DNA of 63,413 nucleotides, counting the filler, from Octopus bimaculoides (lineage: Eukaryota): the NCBI RefSeq assembly GCF_001194135.2. It is 6 parts of 5 records of this genome, joined end to end, with 100 filler letters (N's around TTAATTAATTAA, not from the genome) between each part and the next. Parts side by side here need not be neighbours in the genome. Positions count along the whole stretch, not along the records: positions 50,993 to 58,543 come from NC_068982.1; positions 58,644 to 61,682 come from NC_068996.1; positions 61,783 to 63,413 come from NW_026342114.1; 3 more parts are not named here. The stretch is one strand, 5' to 3'. The notes under the pieces are model-generated. The model was given only the letters and a program-made list of their open reading frames with translations. It ran no database searches and had not been told where the DNA came from. Of this stretch, positions 50,893 to 63,413 are shown one piece after another (the stretch's first letter is position 1; each line of letters opens with the position of its first letter). Position numbers and translations under genes: made by a program.

Positions 50893-51269
50893 NNNNNNNN
50901 NNNNNNNNNNNNNNNNNNNNNNNNNNNNNNNNNNNNTTAATTAATTAANNNNNNNNNNNNNNNNNNNNNNNNNNNNNNNNNNNNNNNNNNNNATCTTCGT
51001 TGAGCCCTGTGTGGCTAATAAAAGAAATGTATCTATCTATCTATCTATCTATCTCCGTTTTTGGGAAGATTTATAATTTTTGTACACCACACACCCCAAC
51101 GATTACAATCCCTATTGATTTGACTTTTCTTTGTGTGTCCCACCCAGCCCACCTCGAAAATGAAAAACTCTACGCTTGTATTTCGTCCAATTTCTGTGTT
51201 CAGCCCTGTGTGGCTATAATAAAAACATATCTATCTATCTATCCTGTGTATAGCATGACAATAAGAAAG

Positions 51270-52800
<1,531 letters not shown>

Positions 52801-53339
52801 CCGCCAACATCAGTAAAGTACCTCGTCCTTTTCGAAGGGATGGTGACAGCTTGAGCGTTGTTGTGTTGCACCGGGTCAATTTGATCCATCATCTGTAAGA
52901 TCTAAAGGATCAAGCTGACATATAAACTCCTTTGTTCGGCAGTCATCCCGAGAAACGAATATTGCCAACGGCATCCTTACCCTCGTGACCTACTCTGACC
53001 AATAAAAGCCGATCACCATAGACGAATGTCGTCTCTCGAAGGAGTTTCTATACTTACCGCTTCTCTCCTCATATCCCTGTACACTGCTGTCTGGTATTGG
53101 TTAAATTTTTTGTCTAATGCTTCCCTTTCGGTTATCTCCAAACATCACATGGATCTCCATTTATGAAAACACATTAGAACAATCTCGAAATGTGTAGATT
53201 TGTATGCTTTGTTTTAAGTATGTATTCTCATGCTTATATTTGTATGTCTAGACATGCACATATATACTTAAATGGTAAACTTCTGGAAAGTTTTACACAT
53301 TTTTACAGTTGCAGTGATGACTTGGGCCTGTAGTCTTCG

Positions 53340-54220
53340 AATCAGCTTTCTCCTTTCTGGTTTTGAGAAGCCAACTTTCTCCAGATGTTACTATCATCCT
53401 AGAGCTTTCTGCTAATATATCCCTGCATGGTCTTCTGCTCATCCTCTCGCCTGATGATACGTTGCGGTAAAATCTTGCGAATCTTTGGGTGTGTATTAAA
53501 GGTTATCAGACAAGGAGTTTTGCTCAGGGAGCTGCCCGCCAAGTCTCATGATATCTATCTCGTGTATGCAAACTTGATCAAGGGATGCACTTCAACACTG
53601 GGTGGTTAAAAAATGTTGCCGAAGGGACATATGACATTGAAAAGCAGTATAGGAATCGATGTTCAGCGTCTGCTTCCTTATTTTCGTATAACGTAGAGGC
53701 GATCTACGTCGCTGTTGATGTGAAAATTATTGGTGCTTGTCAGTAACTTCGGAGTTTTCATATCAATGGTTCCGTTCTCATCAAACGTCCAATCATGTAT
53801 GAGTACTGGTACCGCAAACACATTGTAGGCCACTGTTTTATAGAATTCAGTGAGTTCTGAGGTCCAGTAGAGGGACAGTGGTCAGTTATTTTAGCCTGTA
53901 ATGTAATCTGGCTGGCAAGCAGTATAGTATCTTCTGGAATGTGGCTAACTGTGAAACCGCGTGGTGCTCCAACATCGTTCGCACTTTTGTTTATACTGTT
54001 TGGAAAAAAAGTTAATTTCAGATCATTTTTTAATAAACCTACATTCACTAATTTTCTTCTTATGTTCCACAAATGTTGCTTGTTGGCGTAATTGTTTCGC
54101 AGTAAAATAATTCAGTTCTAGGTGCAGATCGTCTTAGGATACTTTCAATCTATTCATATATCCAACAACGGCTTTTGTTTTGCACACGATTTCTTCAATA
54201 ACTACAGCTAGAAATAATGT
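53340..54220 (-). mobile_element. Dong/R4-clade LINE, decayed RT region
   Basis: YWTSELTEFYKTVAYNVFAVPVL..IDMKTPKLLTSTNNFHINSDVDRLY. DNA is homologous to 10050-10500. Confidence 0.83.
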
Positions 54221-54459
54221 GTTTACCTGTTGCGATGTTGCTTTCGTTGTGTTCCTCAGTTGTGTTGTTGGTGTTGTCATATCCAGTCATGTAATAACTC
54301 ATTGCATGGTAAAATCAAGTTTCAGTTGAAAATTACTACGATCGTGAATAAAAGGCTCTCTCAGTTAATTCAGCTGAAGGTTAACCAGTTATTAAGCGAC
54401 TTGTCGCTTCGAGTGAGTATGTATGCGTGTATGTATGTGTATATTTATATATATGTATG

Positions 54460-54509
<50 letters not shown>

Positions 54510-55161
54510 AAGATATCTTTTTATTATAGCCACACAGGGCTAAATACAGAAAATGGACAAATTACAAAGTAGAGCTTTTTTNNNNNNNNNNNNNNNNNNN
54601 NNNNNNNNNNNNNNNNNNNNNNNNNNNNNNNNNNNNNNNNNNNNNNNNNNNNNNNNNNNNNNNNNNNNNNNNNNNNNNNNNNNNNNNNNNNNNNNNNNNN
54701 NNNNNNNNNNNNNNNNNNNNNNNNNNNNNNNNNNNNNNNNNNNNNNNNNNNNNNNNNNNNNNNNNNNNNNNNNNNNNNNNNNNNNNNNNNNNNNNNNNNN
54801 NNNNNNNNNNNNNNNNNNNNNNNNNNNNNNNNNNNNNNNNNNNNNNNNNNNNNNNNNNNNNNNNNNNNNNNNNNNNNNNNNNNNNNNNNNNNNNNNNNNN
54901 NNNNNNNNNNNNNNNNNNNNNNNNNNNNNNNNNNNNNNNNNNNNNNNNNNNNNNNNNNNNNNNNNNNNNNNNNNNNNNNNNNNNNNNNNNNNNNNNNNNN
55001 NNNNNNNNNNNNNNNNNNNNNNNNNNNNNNNNNNNNNNNNNNNNNNNNNNNNNNNNNNNNNNNNNNNNNNNNNNNNNNNNNNNNNNNNNNNNNNNNNNNN
55101 NNNNNNNNNNNNNNNNNNNNNNNNNNNNNNNNNNNNNNNNNNNNNNNNNNNNNNNNNNNNN

Positions 55162-55458
55162 GTTGTGAGTGTTTATTGAGCGAAAGCACCTAAAGCTCCA
55201 CGAGGCTCCGGCAGAGGATGGTGGCGAACCCTGCTGTACTCTTTCACCACAACTTTCTCTCACTCTTACTTCCTGTTGTGCCTGTAATTCAAAGGGCCAG
55301 CCTTGTCACGCTGTGTCACGCTGAATATCCCTGAGAACTACGCTAAGGGTACACGTGTCTGAGGAGTGCTCAGCCACTTGCACGTTAATTTCACGAGCAG
55401 GCTGTTCCGTTGATCGTATCAGCTGGGACCCTCGTCGCCGTAAGTGACGGAGTGCCAA
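55162..55458 (+). mobile_element. SINE family C, 3' part
   Basis: AAGGGCCAGCCTTGTCAC...CCCTGAGAACTACG.TAAGGGTACACGTGTC..GAGTGCTCAGCCACTTGCACGTTAATTTCACGAGCAGG; shared with 21720-21785. Confidence 0.75.
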
Positions 55459-55895
55459 CCTGCTTAAGGAAGAACCACTTATAACCATTCCATCCTAGAA
55501 CACTACAACATCACTTTTGTTTTAGTCGTAGTTCAAGCTGGATTTTTAGAGGTAAGCCAGCCTGTGCACTTATTATATATACCTATTTCATTACGTGATT
55601 AGACGCAATTTTATCTGTACTATCAATCTCTCTTTCCCTCTGTACACATACGCACGCGCACGCGCACACACGCAAACATGGAGGGTAAGTGAACTGCATT
55701 CAAGTTTGCATCCAGCAAATAAGACAGTTTTCTAATGTGAGTCATAACAGAAAGCAGGTTTGATAATTGTTAGAGTGTCACATTGTCATATATATTGCTC
55801 GTTCCAGATGCCATGATAAATTGTAGCAACTAGAATTAAGTGTATTGCCGAGAGGCACAACGGAAAAATGCCTGCGGTAAATTATATCATGTCAC

Positions 55896-55953
<58 letters not shown>

Positions 55954-56577
55954 GTCTGTCTGTCTGCCTGTCTCTCTGTCTATCTATGTATCTGTCTGTC
56001 TGTCTGTCTGTTTGGCTGTCTTTCTCTTTCCATATATATATATATATATATATATGCATATAGACACAAACACATATGTATGTATGTGCGTGTATATATA
56101 TGTATGTATGTATATATATATATACANNNNNNNNNNNNNNNNNNNNNNNNNNNNNNNNNNNNNNNNNNNNNNNNNNNNNNNNNNNNNNNNNNNNNNNNNN
56201 NNNNNNNNNNNNNNNNNNNNNNNNNNNNNNNNNNNNNNNNNNNNNNNNNNNNNNNNNNNNNNNNNNNNNNNNNNNNNNNNNNNNNNNNNNNNNNNNNNNN
56301 NNNNNNNNNNNNNNNNNNNNNNNNNNNNNNNNNNNNNNNNNNNNNNNNNNNNNNNNNNNNNNNNNNNNNNNNNNNNNNNNNNNNNNNNNNNNNNNNNNNN
56401 NNNNNNNNNNNNNNNNNNNNNNNNNNNNNNNNNNNNNNNNNNNNNNNNNNNNNNNNNNNNNNNNNNNNNNNNNNNNNNNNNNNNNNNNNNNNNNNNNNNN
56501 NNNNNNNNNNNNNNNNNNNNNNNNNNNNNNNNNNNNNNNNNNNNNNNNNNNNNNNNNNNNNNNNNNNNNNNNNNNNN

Positions 56578-56631
<54 letters not shown>

Positions 56632-57078
56632 CATATATATATGTATATGAAGACAAATATGTGTAAACAATTAATTTACATTCTACTTACGCACGCGCGT
56701 ATACACACGCATACACACAAATTGACATATTAACTAATGCAAATTATACATCTGTACGTTGAATTTATATCGCCCCGAGTCATTCATCTTTCAAATATTT
56801 CATAATTTCCAAGTTTTTGTCACTATTCCCAATCCATGAATATTCTTCCATACTAATGTGCTTAGTGTATTTTATACACACATCAACACTGCCCTCTTCA
56901 TACCCACAACATGAAAAATGTACCTGCACATACATACATACATATACATACATACATACATACATACATACACACACAGACACGCACAAACACATATGCG
57001 CACACACACGTACGCACACACATATACACGCGTGCGCACAGAAACACACAAATACACACACACACGTANNNNNNNNNN

Positions 57079-57120
<42 letters not shown>

Positions 57121-58465
57121 GAAGCCTGTATAAATACATGCATATATATACATATGTATGTATGTACGTACGAATGTATGTACGTACGTATGTATGCATG
57201 TATGTATGTATGTATGTATGTATGTATGCATGCATGAATATATGTATGTATGTATGTATGCATGAATACATGTATGTATGTATATATGTATGTATGTATG
57301 TATATATGCATACATGCATATATGATATGGGAAAGGAAAACAGATTTCTTGATATATTTATAGATGAGTGCATGAAGAGATACTCATGAATGCGTGTGTG
57401 TATGCGTGAATGTACATGCACATGTGCATATACATTCAAACATACATATACGTTCGTATACGTACATATGGCTGCTTTTACATTTTCAAAAGCATATATG
57501 TGTGCGTGTGTGTGTAGGCATGTATTTACATATCTGTCTATATATTTATATGTATGCATATATGTATGCATATATATNNNNNNNNNNNNNNNNNNNNNNN
57601 NNNNNNNNNNNNNNNNNNNNNNNNNNNNNNNNNNNNNNNNNNNNNNNNNNNNNNNNNNNNNNNNNNNNNNNNNNNNNNNNNNNNNNNNNNNNNNNNNNNN
57701 NNNNNNNNNNNNNNNNNNNNNNNNNNNNNNNNNNNNNNNNNNNNNNNNNNNNNNNNNNNNNNNNNNNNNNNNNNNNNNNNNNNNNNNNNNNNNNNNNNNN
57801 NNNNNNNTGTATATATATATATGTATATATATATGTATATATATATATGTATATATATATGTATGGATATATGCATATATGTATGTATATATGTATATAT
57901 GCATATATATGTATATGTATATGTATATCTATCTATCTATTGATCAATCTTTATATATATATATGCATGTATATATAAGAATACACATGTGTTTATATAT
58001 ATATGTATTATATGTATATATATATTTATATATATATATGGGTATATGCTTTACTCATCATCTATTTATACATTTTATATAATATTTCCATTATATGTGT
58101 GTGTGTGTGCTTGTGTATAGTCAAGGGTGAGCAAATGTACAGACAGTTTGATGTATCGGTCAGTCGAGGAACAGGGAAATCTAATCACGCAAAAATGGAT
58201 GGGTAGATGATTGACATATAAATATATTGTGTAGAGATAGCGATATATACAAAGAAGAAGAACCGGGAGGCGGGAGAGATATAAAAAGTGAGAAATTATA
58301 TTACTTTGATACAGATGAAGACATATTCTCAAAACTAGTAACATAGACTCACAGACATACATATCTTTCTTTCCCACTACACGCATACACACATGCATGA
58401 ATACATACGCGTACATGTGTGTGTGCTGTTGGTCTACAATTGTCACGTACGCAGACGTGGTCTGC

Positions 58466-58504
<39 letters not shown>

Positions 58505-58643
58505 TATAAATATGTACCCACATATATATGCATCTATATACACNNNNNNNNNNNNNNNNNNNNNNNNNNNNNNNNNNNNNNNNNNNNTTAATTAATTAAN
58601 NNNNNNNNNNNNNNNNNNNNNNNNNNNNNNNNNNNNNNNNNNN

Positions 58644-58679
<36 letters not shown>

Positions 58680-59359
58680 GCATATATATATATTTTTTAA
58701 AACTTCGTCTAATGACATAATGTAATAAGTCTGTACTATAAGTGCTCAGGTTCATTTACCACTGCTTGAACAGCAGTTGAAACAAAGGTGTTGTTGAAGC
58801 TGCCTATCAAAGATGGCTATAAGTGTTAGAACATGTAATTTGTAATTCAGACATAATTGCATAGTATATAAGGGATTAAGAAATAATATGTAAAGTTTAT
58901 TACAGTTGTTTCTAGAATAGTTGAGCATGTGGATCATATGTCATTGAACAAAGATTTTCATGCAAGCCAACTATACCGTCTTTGGAGAGAAAGAATTAAG
59001 GAATATCCTTAATAAAGAATATTAGTAGTTACCAGTTCATCGAAGAATTACAGAACATACTTAGTGTAAGATAATAGTGGTTAGCACTCTCATGATCAGA
59101 GAGTTAAGGAAATCCTTAGTAAAAGATAATAGCAGTTCACTGTTCCGTTTTTGAAGGATCAATGAATAACCTTAGTAAAAGATAAAGGAAGTTACTAGTT
59201 CCATTTTTGAAGAGAAAGTTAACACATGTCACAGGAAACTTTGTAAATCTCATCAAAGAACTTGCAGAAGAATGTGATGCAGACGAGTTAATTTCCTATC
59301 TGATTCCATACAAAATGAAATCACAACACTCTAAATGAAATCAGAAAAAATGTCGAAGA

Positions 59360-60096
59360 TTCCATGTTTATTGGTATTATATGTGATTGCTCAGACATGG
59401 AACAAAATTAACTGTTGTCGTTATGTTTCTGAAAACCAGGATGTCCATGAAGATTTTCTCCTGACTACACTTCGGAGACACTAGCTAAGATTATTCTGAA
59501 TGTTTTTTGTTGCCTAAACATTGAGCTGGGTTCAAAATTACGCTACCTTTGCCTTTGAGGGTGCATGTACCATGAGCGGAAATATTTCAGACATACAAAA
59601 GAGATTAAAATACATGTTTCCTGGTACATATTTTGTACACTGCGGAAACCACTCCATGGTGCTTGGCTGTCATGGTCACTGATGCATTGAACTTTGTTCA
59701 ACAAATCACCATTCTTCTGAAAGCGCTATGGACTTGCCTTTGTGATGAAAATGTCATCATGTTGGAAGCCTGTGTCTGTTGCATCAAGTGAGAGAATGTC
59801 CAGTACACTTTGCTGCTTGAAGACCTGACGCAACATCGTCTGACACACTGTGCTGTGATGCATGTATATAAAAACATGTGCAATGAAAACACTTTGGACA
59901 TTCTCATGTAAAACTTCATCGCCAAAACGAACAAGTACAGAAAAATTTTTTGGAGTGATTTGAAGCATTAGTTTTCCATGTATAATAATAAAAACTATGT
60001 GTTTTGATATAAAGATTGAAGAAAATCGGTCTTGTTTGCAAAAAAATTTGGACCTGAGTTTGCACCGCCTAAGCAAATTTCGTTCCAGGGCCACTG
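59360..60096 (+). mobile_element. hAT (Tip100/ZMYM-like) transposase remnant with a putative right end
   Basis: ICDCSDMEQ..RYVSENQDVHEEF; FEGACTMSGNISDIQKRLKYMFPGTYFVHCGNH (FDGA..MSG..HC.NH motif); ends GGCCACTG. Confidence 0.78.
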
Positions 60097-60869
60097 GTTA
60101 AATGGGCAGCTGCATCATTATGGTAGAGTTGCCACTCACCGGACGCATGCAATTCTGTCCGACAACCACACTCTACACATTTTACGTCCAAGCACTGCTA
60201 CAAACAATGGAAGTGAGAACATAACTTAGTGTGCTTACGCCACAGGGTTCAAGGTCATTCTGTGCCAAGCGGCTTCACTGTGTTCTTTAGCTCTGCTACC
60301 AAAGCAACAAACCTAATACTTTTTGATCAGACCTCGTATCTTTATGTTCTTATGTTTGACTGTTCTCATGTTTGAATACCTTTGTGAATGACATACACGA
60401 AAACGGCTGCTCAAGCTCATACTTTTGATTTCATTTCTGGGTCGTTGTAGTAATATTATAAACATCATTAAGTCCATTACAAGTGAAGTCATGGAATTGC
60501 GTTGCTGTTTAAACATACATAGAGACATATACTGAAAAGACACATTTATACACAAGATTATATAATCAAGTATACATATACACATATGCATGTACACACA
60601 TACACATTTTAAAATATATATCAGTAAAACCTATTAGACATTTCGAATCCGACGTGTCAAATTTAACTCGAACACACGGTATATAGAAAGTGGATTCCAG
60701 AAGTTTTGGGGCTTTTTTTTTTAGGAGAGGCCGTTATAACTGTCTTAGATTATTGCAATTTTAATATATCATTACTATACATCTAGAATAAGCTTACCTG
60801 CCAAATTTATGGTTCCAGAGTGAAGGAGGCAACTGTAACAGCACCTTGAACAAACTTTACTAAACACTG

Positions 60870-61445
60870 CTTGTCACAAATGACTAGTTTGCAAAATGCA
60901 GTCGGAGCGTATGGAAGTTGCTGTGCAATAAAAGTTTGCGTTAAACTGGACAGAAACGCTACAGAAACTTATGAAATATTCCAAAACTGTTTATGGATTA
61001 ACTTGTATGAGCCAAACGTTTGTTTTTCACTAGCACAATAGGCCAGGCAAATCAAATCTACTGGTAAGCTCATGACGATCCCGTTTTTCGACAGCAAGGG
61101 TATCTTCTACATCCGTTGGGTTCCTTCTGATCAGTTTTATCAGCAAAGCGTACTTTGTGGAGATTTTGAGGGAGTTGAGGAAAAGATTTCATTGCAAAAA
61201 GCCAGAGCACCTGCAGTAGGATAAAGCGCCAGTCCACAATTCCATCCTGGTAACCAACTACTCGACAGAGATGGGCATCAAAATTGTTCCTCATTCTCCC
61301 TACAGTCCAAACTTTGCTCCTTGTAACTTTTATTTATTCTCCAAGATGACGGAGACTCTGAGAGGTGTCCTGAACATCTTACTTTAAAGTACTTCTATGG
61401 GGCCTTCGTGGAATGGTTGCAGTACTACAAGTGCACTAAAGTGAG
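60870..61445 (+). mobile_element. Mariner element, internally deleted pseudo-transposase
   Basis: AIKVCVKLDRNATETYEI; FFDSKGIFYIRWVP; DKAPVHNSILVTNY..GIKIVPHSPYSPNFAPCNFYLF (YSPDLAP motif); FYGAFVEWLQYYKC. Confidence 0.88.
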
Positions 61446-61601
61446 CCTTCGAAATGCCGAGTAGATGGAACAGAGACAACTGACGAAGGGTTATACTCTT
61501 TATGTTGCATGTCTCGTTTCTCTGTTTTTTTCGTTGTTCGAAAAAAGTTCGTTTCTCATTGTGTTTAACGTTTTTTTTATGTCCTGTACCCATATATGCA
61601 T
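61445..61601 (+). repeat. Interspersed repeat of unknown class, copy 2 (see 12785-12938)
   Basis: Homology as described for copy 1. Confidence 0.8.
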
Positions 61602-62775
61602 GTATGTATACATATAGATGTAGGTATGTACATATATGTATGGATATATGCATATGTTTATATATTATTTATATTATTAGTANNNNNNNNNNNNNNNNNN
61701 NNNNNNNNNNNNNNNNNNNNNNNNNNTTAATTAATTAANNNNNNNNNNNNNNNNNNNNNNNNNNNNNNNNNNNNNNNNNNNNCAGAAATTTGTGACTAAT
61801 ACTATAAAATATCCTATCCAAACTCTAACGACTATACTAATCCGCAATCGTGTTTAATTGCCTATGAATTTTCACTAACAAATTCCATCTGTGACCATCC
61901 CGTGGATAAATATTGTGTGGCGTTAAAGTACATGATATTTTCTTTTCCTTTTGTATATCGTTGATGGGCGTTCATTATGCAAAGAACCTACACACGCAAT
62001 TACTCTATTTCCGTTCTTTANNNNNNNNNNNNNNNNNNNNNNNNNNNNNNNNNNNNNNNNNNNNNNNNNNNNNNNNNNNNNNNNNNNNNNNNNNNNNNNN
62101 NNNNNNNNNNNNNNNNNNNNNNNNNNNNNNNNNNNNNNNNNNNNNNNNNNNNNNNNNNNNNNNNNNNNNNNNNNTTTATTATTAGTACAATGACCAGCCG
62201 GAAATACTGCAAAATCTGTTTCAATACACGATTTCACATCAAAAATCTAGCAAACCAAATATAAAAACGAAATATGAAATTCTCATTTCTCATTTAAGAG
62301 AGCGAAATGTTATTTGAGGGATATGTGGCTACTGTCGAACTACAATTTAATNNNNNNNNNNNNNNNNNNNNNNNNNNNNNNNNNNNNNNNNNNNNNNAAA
62401 GGGTGATGGAATATCTATGATGAAACGGGGAGATTTACAATTTCATTTGGCTAATAGGAAGCGTTTATTTAAATGTTCGTGTGAATAGTCGTACTTGTAC
62501 GCTGTGGCAGAGCAGTGACGCAAATGACGTCCGTTTCAGAAGGTTACTTCTTGAAATCATTTTCAGGTACATAAGGGCCTTTTCTTACCATTAAATGTAT
62601 CGAGGAAATGTGGTTTCAGAACCGAATTTGTAATCACAGAATGCCGTGAAATATCTACTTCACAAGACAAGTGATTGCTGATCGAGACAACAGACAATAT
62701 GTGAAACCAATATCTTGTAATTACATAATCTAACAGCGAAGGCAAAAGACTATACTCCGCTGGCACTGGCTATAT

Positions 62776-62847
62776 GGCCCTGTGGCGCAACGGTAGCGCG
62801 TCTGACTCCAGATCAGACGGTTGCGTGTTCGAATCACGTCGGGGTCA
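62776..62847 (+). tRNA. tRNA-Trp-CCA: tRNA-Trp, anticodon CCA, intronless, 72 nt
   Basis: Acceptor stem GGCCCTG/CGGGGTC (two G-U). D-arm with A-box TGGCGCAACGG. Anticodon arm TCTGA-CTCCAGA-TCAGA. T-arm GCGTG-TTCGAAT-CACGT. Discriminator A. T-runs within 10-30 nt downstream. Near-identical to the canonical metazoan tRNA-Trp. Confidence 0.97.
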
Positions 62848-63413
62848 CATTAATTTTATTTATTTTTATTTTTCGAGTAATGTTGTTTATTTCANNNNNN
62901 NNNNTGTAACAATTGAAGGACGTTAAGGAATTTAATCTTTATTTTCAAATTTTGACTTCTCACCAAGGTGAAATAAACACTTCATCGTCAGGTAATTAGT
63001 GAAATCAGACGAATCTGATATTAGGCTATCGATCTGCACCCATATTCAACAGTTTCGTAGAATGTAGTTGAGCCCAAATATCTCTAACCAACAACGCGGT
63101 TATGAAAACAAGTGAAGTGTCCGTGATTAATATTGTGAGATATTCTATCCAAAGCCCCTAACGACTTTACTAATCTACTATCTTGTTATTGCTTAATCTA
63201 CTATCAATACTGACCAAAGAAAATCCAGCCGTGATCATCCTGTCTTTGAGGATTGCATAAAATTACGTTTTACAATATCTTCATTCCTCATTTAGGACGG
63301 TAGGGTATCGCTAGAAGGAGATTTGAGTGTTGTTTGTAGCAGTTCGACATTCAATTCACTCGTTACCGTTTGACATTCCTGTCTTTTGTATGATCACGAA
63401 AGGATGATGCAAT

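Overview
Eukaryotic, AT-rich, repeat-saturated genomic DNA. The SINE families and the extreme (AT/AC/TACA)n microsatellite load point to a coleoid cephalopod, most likely Octopus; this is my inference from recognising the repeats, not a database hit. The window is six blocks joined by five identical 100-bp pads (N44-TTAATTAATTAA-N44), so adjacency across those pads is unproven. I found no host protein-coding gene I can confidently call. Nearly all long ORFs in the track are microsatellite or N-run artefacts. Supported content: one intact tRNA-Trp(CCA) gene; a complete 3.26-kb non-autonomous Gypsy-type LTR element with a 4-bp TSD, a tRNA-Trp PBS and a PPT; a cluster of Penelope-like (RT/GIY-YIG) fragments; three Dong/R4 LINE fragments; an RTE remnant; Tc1, mariner, hAT and Chapaev-type DNA transposon remnants; MITEs; many tRNA-derived SINEs; minisatellites. 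The most notable unexplained signals are (i) three tandem LTR-end + tRNA-Trp-PBS modules in an element whose LTRs are mosaic and non-identical, (ii) a ~180-nt CpG-rich segment at 47.12-47.30 kb folding into a 38-bp three-way-junction structure with G-U wobbles on the minus strand and overlapping a candidate short intron and micro-exon, and (iii) a near-perfect 43-bp-arm fold-back at 44.67-44.76 kb. Boundaries of decayed transposon fragments are approximate (tens of bp). All alignments were done by eye.
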